Shown here: one piece after another, positions 18,170 through 27,468 of the stretch | Layout: each line of letters opens with the position of its first letter | Position numbering within the stretch: the stretch's first letter is position 1 | The notes under the pieces: generated by a model | Databases searched by the model: none | What the model was told of the DNA's origin: nothing | What the model saw: only the letters and a program-made list of their open reading frames with translations | Translations under genes and position numbers: made by a program | Source: an uncultured Anaerolineales bacterium | GTDB taxonomy: Bacteria; Chloroflexota; Anaerolineae; B4-G1; SLSP01 | DNA: 51,437 nt | Assembly: GCA_964516885.1 (NCBI GenBank) | Contig: CAZEXX010000001.1 | Span: 1-51,437, forward strand | Reading direction: 5' to 3'

Positions 18170-19809
18170 GGGTTCTCCCCTCCGCCGGCATCCCTCTCGA
18201 TATTCTTGAAGACCTTCTCCAACGCCGGAAGCGCCGATTCAGGCAGCATACGCTGCACCTCTGAGCTACGCGCCATTCCAATAAGGCGATCGAGGACGTG
18301 ATAGGCAACCAGCTCACGCTTGGCAGCACCATCAACGTCCTTGAGCCGCGTGCTCATCTCAGCAATCAGCCCCGAGGTCATCTTGCTGTCCGCATCTTGC
18401 CGCATCTTGCCCAGTGCCGCGACACGTTTGCGCTCAATGCTCTCCTGCCAATCCATCACCTTGGCCATGAAGCGCGACTTCCACGCTTCCACCCGCTGCT
18501 CAGTGATGGCCCGGCTGACAGGCTCGATCGAACCGCTTACCCCACCGCCGGCAATCTCCAAGCCGCGCGGCGCCAGGGCTTGCTGAACCGACCGGCGCAC
18601 AGTCTTGCCGATCGTCTGCCGGCACAAGCGATCCCCAAGCTGACGATCCTTGGACAGCCCCAAGGAGGTCTCAACGAGCCTGTGAGTCTTCAACAGCTCG
18701 TATTGTGGATCTCGCGGAACGCGTGCCGCCTTTGCATCAGTGATGCCGCCATAGAGTTGGTCCAGACTATAGAAGGAAACAGCCTGTTCCAGCTTATGTG
18801 CCGATAGCTTGATGGGGAGATCCTCCCAAGGGTGTGCCGTGTGCGCATCCACGGGACTCCGTCCCGAGGGATCCACTTCTTCAGCAAACAGCGCCTGCAG
18901 CACATCTCGCTGTGCCCGATATGGCCAGGGCACCCCAAGCGAGATCTGGCGGCTGCCTCGCTGAATCCGGAACGCTGCGGAAATGGGAACACGCACCTCA
19001 ATCCCATCACGCGTAATCGCACTCACCGTGGCAGATCGCGTCTGGTCTCGCAGATCAACAACCCTGAACGGGATTTCGCCTCTCTGTGTCAGGACGGCCC
19101 CCGGGCCGGCAACCCGGGTGATCCGAGATCCCATTTTGAGAACAACCACGTTCTCAGGCTCGGTCACCAGCAGGCCTGGACCGATGCCACGACCGGCATT
19201 CCCGTCAATCCGCCTGCGTACTTTGCCGTCCTCCACAAACCAGGTCGTCTTGGGAACTGAGGAGAAGAAACCCAATACCAGCGACAATGCTACGCGCAAA
19301 GGCGCGTCGACGTCATCGTTCATCGGCACCACAGCGGGTGCCCAGATGATCAAGAGCCAGACCGAGACAGTTGTTGGTGTGATTGATGAGAGGCAGAAGA
19401 GCCCGAATTTGGCATACGAGATCTCGGGTTGGATCAGAGCAGCCAGAAGGACCAAAGCTGTGAAAAGCAGAATCGATCCGGCCGTCAGAATCAAGGCCGG
19501 GCGATTCGCCGACTGCCCGTATGACGTGAAGACCCCACTGAAGAGCAGGAACAGGCTGAGGCAACATAGAGGCAGCAGGAAAGACAACGATAGCACGAAC
19601 AGGGGAGACAGGTCCAGGAGGCCGATCCACAGCACCCCGGGGAAGATCCACAGCGTCGGTCCCCACACCCGAAAGAGTGCCATCCACGGCTCGCTCCCTG
19701 GAGACGCACGAAGACTGCTTGAAGTAGGGTGATGCCCCCGCAGATATCTGTTTAGGAGATAGGTTCCCGTCAAGTAGAAGACCAGCAACCCCACGCGCAC
19801 AGCCGCCAT
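18166..19809 (-). CDS. SPFH/band-7-like membrane protein with a polytopic N-terminal domain
   Basis: Start moved to ATG 19809 (AAGGAGGAGATGG upstream); the track ORF begins at GTG 19845. About 5-7 hydrophobic segments come first, then NVVVLKMGSRITRVAGPGAVLTQRGEIPFRVVDLRDQTRSATVSAITRDGI. It is a paralogue of the downstream gene. Confidence 0.75.
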   Translation of the reverse strand: MAAVRVGLLVFYLTGTYLLNRYLRGHHPTSSSLRASPGSEPWMALFRVWGPTLWIFPGVLWIGLLDLSPLFVLSLSFLLPLCCLSLFLLFSGVFTSYGQSANRPALILTAGSILLFTALVLLAALIQPEISYAKFGLFCLSSITPTTVSVWLLIIWAPAVVPMNDDVDAPLRVALSLVLGFFSSVPKTTWFVEDGKVRRRIDGNAGRGIGPGLLVTEPENVVVLKMGSRITRVAGPGAVLTQRGEIPFRVVDLRDQTRSATVSAITRDGIEVRVPISAAFRIQRGSRQISLGVPWPYRAQRDVLQALFAEEVDPSGRSPVDAHTAHPWEDLPIKLSAHKLEQAVSFYSLDQLYGGITDAKAARVPRDPQYELLKTHRLVETSLGLSKDRQLGDRLCRQTIGKTVRRSVQQALAPRGLEIAGGGVSGSIEPVSRAITEQRVEAWKSRFMAKVMDWQESIERKRVAALGKMRQDADSKMTSGLIAEMSTRLKDVDGAAKRELVAYHVLDRLIGMARSSEVQRMLPESALPALEKVFKNIERDAGGGENP

Positions 19810-20185
19810 CCATCTCCTCCTTAAGAGATCACCATACAGAACCACTGTAGCACACTACAGCGAAAAGGAGAAACCGCCGGGCAACCCGGGATGTGGCCCA
19901 GACAGATGACCCCGCGGTCAAACCGAAGTGGTGCCCGATAGCGGCATCCACCGGTTTCTGCTGGGTGCGTTCCATCTTCGGGGCAGAGACAAGTTTGGAA
20001 TCGGCACAAACTGAAGGCCGTTAGCAGTCGTGGCTTTGTAGCACCCACTAGACTGGGCATCGTCGGGGCCAAGACTGCCAAGGAGTGTTTCAGAGTGGGC
20101 CGGAGACAATCTTGTGGTCCAGCAACAAGCCTTTCCTATCCATTCACCCCCCATTCTGAAGCACGCCCAGTTTGCACTCCCAGCA

Positions 20186-20213
20186 TTGTCAACGCCCTGA
20201 AAGCGGGTAGAAT
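20186..20213 (+). promoter_or_regulatory. sigma70-like promoter upstream of folC
   Basis: TTGTCA (20186-20191), a 16-nt spacer, then TAGAAT (20208-20213), about 110 nt before the folC ATG. Confidence 0.45.
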
Positions 20214-20325
20214 CCCGAGTTAACTTCAGATAGACTAGGCCTGCAATCTACTCAAGGATATTCAGCCTGACCCACAGCAGTCATTCATAGCCTACTTAGC
20301 AATCAAGGATCACTCGACCATAGGT

Positions 20326-21690
20326 ATGAAGTATCACGACGTCTTGCGCTACCTCTATGGGCTCGTAGACTATGAGAAACGCCGTATCGAGCGTTACTCA
20401 GCCCGCGTTTTCAAGATTGAGCGCGTCATACAGCTTCTTGAAAAACTGGGTAACCCGCATCAAGCGTATCCAACGTTACATATCGCGGGAACCAAGGGCA
20501 AGGGCTCTGTGTCCGCAATGATGGCGAGCATTGCCCGTGCCGGGGGGCTGCATACGGGGCTGTATGTCTCGCCCCATCTACACACGTACCGGGAACGCAT
20601 CCAGGTCGACGGGACACCGATCTCACGATCCGCTATAGCCGAGTTGGTCGAGGAAATCCAGCCGGTCGTGGAGACAGTTGCTGGATTGACCACATTTGAG
20701 GTGACCACGGCTTTGGCGTTCCTGCACTTCCTGAGAGCGGATGTCGATCTGGCCGTGATGGAGGTTGGGCTGGGCGGCAGGCTAGATGCCACGAACGTGA
20801 TCACTCCTGAGGTCAGCCTTATCACCTCGCTGAGTCTGGACCATACCTACCTGCTTGGCGATACACTGGCGGAAATCGCTTTTGAAAAAGCCGGCATCAT
20901 CAAGCCAGGCATACCCGTTGTGACATCACCGCAGAAGCCGGACGCGCTTCAAGTTCTACGGCGTGTTGCCGAAGAGCGAGGAGCACCGTTGACCATCGTG
21001 GGCCAAGACGTGACCTGGGAACCCGTTTCCCGATCACGCAGCCACCAGACGCTGCGGATCAACCATACGGCAGCCCCATCGCCGTTTGATGGCGACTACG
21101 AACTTGCGCTGCTTGGCGAATTCCAGCTGGAGAACGCCACCACGGCCGTCGCCGCATCAGCAGTCCTGCAGGCAAACGGCCATCCGTGGGCTACGCCGGA
21201 GGCTGTGCACAAGGGCCTGGAGACCGTGAGCTGGCCTGGACGTATGGAGATATTGAATGAGAACCCGCGACTCATTGTAGACTGCGCCCACAACCCCTAT
21301 TCAGCCCAAGTATTGGCTAGATCGCTGAAACTGTGGTTCCCCGACACCTCGTGGATCCTGCTATATGGGGCCTCCAATGACAAGGACATCACTGGCATGC
21401 TTAGGGCACTGCTGCCCATCTGCGAGCACGTGATCGTTACGCGTTCCTATCACCCCCGCGCAGCGGCCCCCTACGTATTGGCCGATATCTGTGCCGACCT
21501 TGGCAAGGGTGCCGAGATCGCTGTGAATCCCCAACGTGGTCTGGAGCAGGCGTGTCGTAGGCTGCAACCCGGTTGGGGCATCATCGCCACAGGCTCGATC
21601 TTCCTCGTAGCTGACACTCGCGAGGCCTGGGCCAAGGATGCGCATCTTGATCTCCCGAAGGGAGATTGGGTCGACGAACCCTGGGAGTAG
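20326..21690 (+). CDS. folC: bifunctional folylpolyglutamate synthase / dihydrofolate synthase
   Basis: HIAGTKGKGS P-loop and Mur-ligase-like layout, 454 aa. Confidence 0.9.
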   Translation: MKYHDVLRYLYGLVDYEKRRIERYSARVFKIERVIQLLEKLGNPHQAYPTLHIAGTKGKGSVSAMMASIARAGGLHTGLYVSPHLHTYRERIQVDGTPISRSAIAELVEEIQPVVETVAGLTTFEVTTALAFLHFLRADVDLAVMEVGLGGRLDATNVITPEVSLITSLSLDHTYLLGDTLAEIAFEKAGIIKPGIPVVTSPQKPDALQVLRRVAEERGAPLTIVGQDVTWEPVSRSRSHQTLRINHTAAPSPFDGDYELALLGEFQLENATTAVAASAVLQANGHPWATPEAVHKGLETVSWPGRMEILNENPRLIVDCAHNPYSAQVLARSLKLWFPDTSWILLYGASNDKDITGMLRALLPICEHVIVTRSYHPRAAAPYVLADICADLGKGAEIAVNPQRGLEQACRRLQPGWGIIATGSIFLVADTREAWAKDAHLDLPKGDWVDEPWE

Positions 21691-21693
21691 ACT

Positions 21694-24093
21694 ATGGGCT
21701 GGGACAAACTACCACTGACACCTGAGGACTTCTTCGGAGAAGCTTTCGACACAGGAACTGGCGGAGAAGGCCCCTTCGAGGCGGTCATCCTTCCCCTGCA
21801 GGAGCTGGTGGTCTATCCGCAGATGGTGACACCCCTTTTTGTCGGACAAGATGAATCCCTGCAAGCACTGTCCGTCGCGGTCCAGGAAGACTGGCCCGTC
21901 GTCGTCGTAGCGCAACAGAACAGGAACACAGAAAGTTACCCGGCCGGTGCAGATCTCTACGCTATCGGAACAGAGGTCGTGATCGCCCGCTCAATTCGAC
22001 TACCTGATGGCACCACCAGCGCTATCGCTCAGGGCGTGGGTCGAGTCAAGATTCTGGATTACATTCAGGAACGCCCCTACTTGATCGCCAGCGTCGAAAT
22101 GCTTCCGGAACCCTCTGAGGAAGGCGCGCTTACGGAAGCACTCGTGCGTGCGGTTCTGACGATGTTTGAGAAGGTGGTCCAGCTCAACCAGGCATTACCC
22201 GAGGAGGCCTACGTCTATGCGATGAACGTGGCCGCTCCCGGGCAATTAGCCGACGTTATTGCACAGATCGTCAACTTACCAACAGAAGCCAGACAAGCTC
22301 TCCTCGCAACACAGGATGTCACCGAGCGACTTCAGAGCATCAGCGCACACCTGGCTCGAGAGCTCGACGTCTTGGAACTTGAGAATCAGATCCAGACAAC
22401 GGTACAGGAGGAGGTCGACAAGAGCCAACGCGAGTACTTCCTGCGGGAGCAGATGCGCGCGATCCAGCAGGAGCTGGGAGAAGGTGACGCCTTCACCCAG
22501 GACGTCCTCACAATCCGCGAGCAACTGGCGACCGCAGACTTCCCTGATCACGTCCGTGAACGAGCGGAAGCCGAACTGAAACGCCTATCAATGATGCCGG
22601 CGATGGCGCCGGAGGTCGGGATCATCCGCACCTACCTGGATTGGCTGCTCAATCTTCCCTGGGACAAGGCCAGCGAAGACAACCTCGATATAGCACATGC
22701 TGCTAACATCCTCGAATCCCAACACTACGGTTTGCCGAAAGCCAAGCAGAGGATCCTTGAGTACATCGCCGTGAGAAAGATGGCGCCACAGGCCCAGCAG
22801 GGCACCATTCTCTGCTTTGTGGGAGCGCCTGGTACAGGCAAGACATCGCTCGGACGTTCCATCGCGGATGCGTTAGGCCGTGAGTTCGTCCGCATCTCAC
22901 TGGGCGGCGTCCGTGACGAAGCGGAAATCCGGGGACATCGGCGCACGTATATCGGGGCGATGCCTGGGCGGATCCTGCAGACGATTCGCCGCGCCGGAAC
23001 AGTAAATCCGGTCTTCATGCTCGATGAAGTGGACAAAATGGGGATGGATTTCCGCGGGGATCCATCTTCTGCGCTGCTGGAGGTATTGGATCCTGAGCAG
23101 AATAACACCTTCTCCGACCACTACATTGAGATACCGTATGATCTCTCCAAAGTGCTGTTCATCGCTACGGCAAACGTACTGAACACGATTCCACCGGCGC
23201 TGGAAGACCGGATGGAAGTTATCGAGTTCCCTGGCTATACTGAGCTTGAGAAGATCGGAATCGCCCGGCGCTTCCTTATTCCTCGCCAGATCGAGAAAGT
23301 CGGTCTCTCTGCTCATCCCCCCACCTTCCCTACCAACACCCTGCACACGCTGATACGCCAATACACATATGAGGCCGGGGTTCGAAATCTGGACCGGGAG
23401 ATTGGGAGCATCTGCCGCAAGGCAACCCGTCGCCTGGCTGAGGACAAGAGCCCCATCCACACGATCACAACGAAATCAGTGACACGCTATCTTGGCCCAC
23501 CGCGGTTCCAGGAGGAGCATCTGGAAACCCACCACACGGTGGGCGTCGCCATGGGACTGGCATGGACATCCAACGGCGGGGATTTGCTCCCGGTCGAGGT
23601 GGCCTTGATGCCGGGCAAAGGCATCCTCACGCTCACAGGACACCTGGGGGACGTGATGCAGGAATCCGCGCAAGCCGCACTGACCTACTTGAGATCGCAG
23701 GCAGAAGCGTGGAACATCAGTCCGGAGAAGTTTGATAAGACAGATATCCATATTCATTTTCCGGAGGGTGGTATACCCAAAGACGGGCCATCCGGCGGCA
23801 TCACCATCGCCACAGCACTCTTTTCAGCCTTCTCGGAACAGCCAGTGCGCCGCGACGTAGCGATGACGGGGGAGATCACACTGCGGGGGCGAGTTCTAGC
23901 CATCGGTGGACTCAAAGAGAAACTACTGGCCGCCCATCGGGCCGGCGTGCAGACAGTCGTACTGCCTACGCGCAATAAGAAGGACATACAGGACATTCCC
24001 AAAGAAGTCCTGAATGGCGTTGAATTGGCCTTTGTCGAGACTATGGACGAGGTCCTGGAATCCGCGCTCGTTCCATCGTCTGCAGAAGTCTAG
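21694..24093 (+). CDS. lon: ATP-dependent Lon protease
   Basis: Lon N-domain, Walker A GAPGTGKTS, and the protease active-site motif PKDGPSGG with its downstream Lys. 799 aa. Confidence 0.95.
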   Translation: MGWDKLPLTPEDFFGEAFDTGTGGEGPFEAVILPLQELVVYPQMVTPLFVGQDESLQALSVAVQEDWPVVVVAQQNRNTESYPAGADLYAIGTEVVIARSIRLPDGTTSAIAQGVGRVKILDYIQERPYLIASVEMLPEPSEEGALTEALVRAVLTMFEKVVQLNQALPEEAYVYAMNVAAPGQLADVIAQIVNLPTEARQALLATQDVTERLQSISAHLARELDVLELENQIQTTVQEEVDKSQREYFLREQMRAIQQELGEGDAFTQDVLTIREQLATADFPDHVRERAEAELKRLSMMPAMAPEVGIIRTYLDWLLNLPWDKASEDNLDIAHAANILESQHYGLPKAKQRILEYIAVRKMAPQAQQGTILCFVGAPGTGKTSLGRSIADALGREFVRISLGGVRDEAEIRGHRRTYIGAMPGRILQTIRRAGTVNPVFMLDEVDKMGMDFRGDPSSALLEVLDPEQNNTFSDHYIEIPYDLSKVLFIATANVLNTIPPALEDRMEVIEFPGYTELEKIGIARRFLIPRQIEKVGLSAHPPTFPTNTLHTLIRQYTYEAGVRNLDREIGSICRKATRRLAEDKSPIHTITTKSVTRYLGPPRFQEEHLETHHTVGVAMGLAWTSNGGDLLPVEVALMPGKGILTLTGHLGDVMQESAQAALTYLRSQAEAWNISPEKFDKTDIHIHFPEGGIPKDGPSGGITIATALFSAFSEQPVRRDVAMTGEITLRGRVLAIGGLKEKLLAAHRAGVQTVVLPTRNKKDIQDIPKEVLNGVELAFVETMDEVLESALVPSSAEV

Positions 24094-24108
24094 GAACTCG
24101 CTGAAGAG

Positions 24109-24147
24109 CAGTGAGGCGCCCTTTTCGGGGCGCCTCACTGTGTTTTT
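24109..24147. terminator. intrinsic terminator between convergent lon and hpf
   Basis: CAGTGAGGCGCCC-TTTTCG-GGGCGCCTCACTG followed by TGTTTTTGG. It has a 13-bp stem. The A-rich tract on the other side allows some bidirectional function. Confidence 0.8.
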
Positions 24148-24155
24148 GGTTACGT

Positions 24156-24713
24156 CTAGTACATCGGTTTCAAGACACCGTAGTCGCCATCCTCACGCCG
24201 GTACACCACGCTGAGCCGTCCATCAGCGGCGTCGACGAACAGGAAGAATTGGTGCCCGAGCAGTTCCATCTGCTCAACTGCTTCGCCGGACAGAATTGAG
24301 CTAACCTCAAACTCCTTCACCCGAGCAATGCTGGGCATGTCCTCCAACAACAGTTCATCGTCCTCCAAGTCCGAGACATCCGCCGACACAACCGGCTCTG
24401 GGACACGTCGCATCGTTCGACGTCGCCCCTTATAGCGCTCCACACGGCGAGCCATCTTATCCATCACCAAGTCAACAGCCGCAAAGATATCGGCAGCCCG
24501 TTCCTCAGCACGTAGAATCGCTTTGGGGACATAAATGGTGATCTGCGCAACCATGCGTCGAGAACTATCCCTTGCATTGCTTTCGGAGAGATCAACACGG
24601 ATGCTGTCAAGATTCGGCAGGTACCGCTGGAGCTTGGAGGTCTTGTCTTCAACGTGATCACGCAAGCGATCGGTCAACTCCAGGTTCCGAGAGTAGATCT
24701 GTAGCATTTCCAT
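24156..24713 (-). CDS. hpf: ribosome hibernation-promoting factor, long form
   Basis: MEMLQIYSRNLELTDRLRDHVEDKTSKLQRYL... plus a C-terminal dimerisation domain. AAGGAGGA RBS. Confidence 0.9.
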   Translation of the reverse strand: MEMLQIYSRNLELTDRLRDHVEDKTSKLQRYLPNLDSIRVDLSESNARDSSRRMVAQITIYVPKAILRAEERAADIFAAVDLVMDKMARRVERYKGRRRTMRRVPEPVVSADVSDLEDDELLLEDMPSIARVKEFEVSSILSGEAVEQMELLGHQFFLFVDAADGRLSVVYRREDGDYGVLKPMY

Positions 24714-24744
24714 AGGTGAATCCTCCTTAGTGTTAGGATTGGAG

Positions 24745-25500
24745 CTAGAGGGCGTGTGCCAAGGTAAATGCGCTCACGGCTCTAGCCCCCTGGGCTATCA
24801 ACGCCACAGCACAAGCATCCAATGTGGCGCCTGTCGTCGCCACATCGTCCAACAGAGTGATACGTAGTCCGGATAGATCACGCGCATCCGAGCATGCAAA
24901 GGCATCCCGCACATTGTCCCAGCGCTCCTGTCTCCCCAGATGCGTCTGAGAGGCCGTCGCCCTTGTCCTGAATAGTATAGTCTCATCTATCGGCACTTCA
25001 ACTCGGGTCGAGAGTGCTCGTGCCAGCAGGATGGACTGGTTATAACCGCGACGTGCCTCACGGTCGCTGAAGAGCGGCACCGGTACAAGCAGATCACTGC
25101 TGAGCCCCCAACAACGCCAAGCCTCAGCCATACGTCTAGACAAGGGATCGACAACCTGGACGCCCCCGCGATACTTCAGCACGTGGATGGCATCACGGAT
25201 AGCGTCCTGGAACAGAAACACTGACGTGATCGGCGCGGCGCGCAGCGGAGAGGTACGACAACGCGGACAAAGCCCTGGTCCTTCCCACGCATCACCGCAA
25301 CGCGGGCATACGGGGCGATCAGCAAAAGAGATCTGCTCTGCACAGCCATCGCAAAGCCAGATTTCGACCTTGCCGCAGACAACGCAGCAGGGCGGGAGAA
25401 CCAGATCCAACAAGAGACGATAGAGTCGCCTGACGGCAATTGTCGTCCGCTTCACCCCAACACCTAACCTGTGCAAGGAGGCTATCGCGAGCCGGAACAA
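24745..25500 (-). CDS. comFC: ComF-family (ComFC) phosphoribosyltransferase-fold protein
   Basis: N-terminal 4-Cys zinc finger (CCVVCG...CDGC, CPRCG...CPRC) and a C-terminal PRTase motif LLDDVATTGATL. The start codon is uncertain (TTG 25500 or GTG 25455). It lies 14 nt after the tadC stop. Confidence 0.8.
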   Translation of the reverse strand: MFRLAIASLHRLGVGVKRTTIAVRRLYRLLLDLVLPPCCVVCGKVEIWLCDGCAEQISFADRPVCPRCGDAWEGPGLCPRCRTSPLRAAPITSVFLFQDAIRDAIHVLKYRGGVQVVDPLSRRMAEAWRCWGLSSDLLVPVPLFSDREARRGYNQSILLARALSTRVEVPIDETILFRTRATASQTHLGRQERWDNVRDAFACSDARDLSGLRITLLDDVATTGATLDACAVALIAQGARAVSAFTLAHAL

Positions 25501-25514
25501 CAGCTTGCGGGCAT

Positions 25515-26444
25515 CTACCCGCCGAACATACCCGATTCTTTGATCAACAGAATCGCCGGCCCCAGAAGCACAATCAAGATTGTCGGAAAGATGAGAAATA
25601 CCAGCGGCAGCATCATCTTGACCGGTGCCTGGCGGGCCTTTTCCTCAGCGCGCTGTCGCCGCTTCATACGCATAGTGTCAGACTGGATCCGCATCACCTT
25701 GGCTATGCTGACACCCAACTGATCAGCCTGGATAATCGCAGCGACAAACGTCGTCATGTCGGCGACATCCATGCTCGCAGCCATATTGCGCAGTGCCTCG
25801 CGACGCAGTTTACCCAACTGCATCTCCTGAACGGTGCGCTGAAAAGCGCGACTCAGCTCATTGTCCCACTTCTCCGCCACCTTCTGCATGGAGGCGTCAA
25901 ACCCAAGGCCGGCCTCAACACAGATAGTCAGGAGATCCAGAGCATCAGGGAGTGCTTTGAGGATCTCCTCCTGCCGTGCCGAGATCTTGGAGCCCAGCCA
26001 TGTGCCGGGAAGAAGATATCCCATCATAAAGGCAACGAGGACCATCAGCAACCGCTGGCCAAAGGGAATGTCAGAAGCAAAGACCACCAGCAGCGAGCCC
26101 ATGCCCAGCAGCAGCGCCGCCCCCACACGATAGCCGAGGAACTGCGCGGCCTTGACCTTGTGTCCGATGCCGGCAAGCGCCAACTTGTGTCGGGTTGATT
26201 CAAGCGTGTTAGCCGGCGTGAATCGCTGTGCCACCTTGCTCAAGGCTTCGACCATCGGGACTATCACGCGTTGGCTAAACGGCTGTGAGAGCTCCAACTC
26301 CTCAAGCGTCACCGATTGCCCCAAAGCAGCCAGCTCATTGAGCCGGTCTTCCACGCTTTGTGTGGAGCCACGGCTGCGCATAGCAATCAAAACAACGACC
26401 CCGACAGCGCCTAGGAGCCCAGCAATGATCAGTACGCCCCCCAT
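25515..26444 (-). CDS. tadC: Tad/Flp pilus assembly inner-membrane platform protein (T2SS-F family)
   Basis: N-terminal TM, a cytoplasmic T2SSF-type helical domain and C-terminal TMs. GAGGAGGA RBS. Confidence 0.8.
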   Translation of the reverse strand: MGGVLIIAGLLGAVGVVVLIAMRSRGSTQSVEDRLNELAALGQSVTLEELELSQPFSQRVIVPMVEALSKVAQRFTPANTLESTRHKLALAGIGHKVKAAQFLGYRVGAALLLGMGSLLVVFASDIPFGQRLLMVLVAFMMGYLLPGTWLGSKISARQEEILKALPDALDLLTICVEAGLGFDASMQKVAEKWDNELSRAFQRTVQEMQLGKLRREALRNMAASMDVADMTTFVAAIIQADQLGVSIAKVMRIQSDTMRMKRRQRAEEKARQAPVKMMLPLVFLIFPTILIVLLGPAILLIKESGMFGG

Positions 26445-26454
26445 CGTGTCCTCC

Positions 26455-27402
26455 TCAGACCTCTATGCTCACTATCTTGTCGATCACGATGTATCCCACC
26501 ACAATCATCACAACGGACACGCCCAACATCATCCAACCGCACGGATCAGTAAAGAGTGGGGCCATAAACTCAGGATTGATCAAGGAGATCACGCCGGTCA
26601 GGACAACCGGCAGGAACGTGATCAGCAAGCCTGTAGCACGACCCTGTGACGTCAGGATCTTGATCTCTCCCTTGATCCGGACGCGCTCGCGAATGGTGAA
26701 GCTGATCGCATCCAAGACCTCAGCCAAGTTACCACCGACTTCGCGCTGTACACTCATGGCTGTGATAAGCAAATCCAGATCCGGGCTGGGCATACGCCGA
26801 AGCAAGTTGGCCATAGCCGCATCAAATGAGACGCCCAGTTGGAGCTCAAGAACGACGCGACCATACTCCTCCGAAATCGGAGGCGGCATTTCGTTGGAAA
26901 TCACCTCTAGGGCCTGCATTGTGGAATAACCAGCGCGTAAGGAGTTGACCATCAGATTGAGCGAATCACTCAGCAGGTCGTTGAAGTCCTTAAGACGTTT
27001 GCTTTCCCGCGAGCCGAGATAAATCCGAGGAATGAAGAAACCCGCGATGACACCAACGGGGATGAAAACGTAGCGCTTGATAGCAAACGCAACCAGACCA
27101 AGGACTAGCGACGCAAGCATCGTCAGAACCAGAAACTCACCGACCGTCCATTTGAGGTTTGCCCGAGCCAGTTGTGTTGACAGGTTAGCCGCAAAACCGC
27201 GTCCCGCAACGGCTCGATCAACGACAGTACTGACAAAGCCGGGTCCACCTTGCTGCTCCGATGGCGTATCGGAAACGGCAACCGCCTGGTTTCCTAGCCG
27301 TTCTTCGACCAGAGCCTGACCAGTGGGTGCTCTGGACAGGCCAAACACCAGGAGGATAACGGCTACCAGCAGTATCGCGCCGACTAAGATAATGAAACCC
27401 AT
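26455..27402 (-). CDS. tadB: Tad/Flp pilus assembly inner-membrane platform protein (T2SS-F family)
   Basis: Paralogue of tadC. Start placed at ATG 27402 after GGGAGGAGG; the track ORF starts at GTG 27432. Confidence 0.8.
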   Translation of the reverse strand: MGFIILVGAILLVAVILLVFGLSRAPTGQALVEERLGNQAVAVSDTPSEQQGGPGFVSTVVDRAVAGRGFAANLSTQLARANLKWTVGEFLVLTMLASLVLGLVAFAIKRYVFIPVGVIAGFFIPRIYLGSRESKRLKDFNDLLSDSLNLMVNSLRAGYSTMQALEVISNEMPPPISEEYGRVVLELQLGVSFDAAMANLLRRMPSPDLDLLITAMSVQREVGGNLAEVLDAISFTIRERVRIKGEIKILTSQGRATGLLITFLPVVLTGVISLINPEFMAPLFTDPCGWMMLGVSVVMIVVGYIVIDKIVSIEV

Positions 27403-27468
27403 ACTGATCAACCTCCTCCCAGCCAAGCCCACTCCGGCCGCCGGACTGGCTGATAATGCGGACTCGGG

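Noticed and set aside
19846-20185. Possible RNase P RNA, SRP RNA, tmRNA or cobalamin riboswitch in the long spacer. The cues were GGAAAGG, CAGATGAC and GCCGGAGAC strings.
   Set aside because: Only short partial resemblances exist. The P4 pairing partners, the SRP GGAA/AGCA symmetric loop, the tmRNA tRNA-like ends and a proper B12 box are all absent. The region is kept only as unexplained non-coding DNA.
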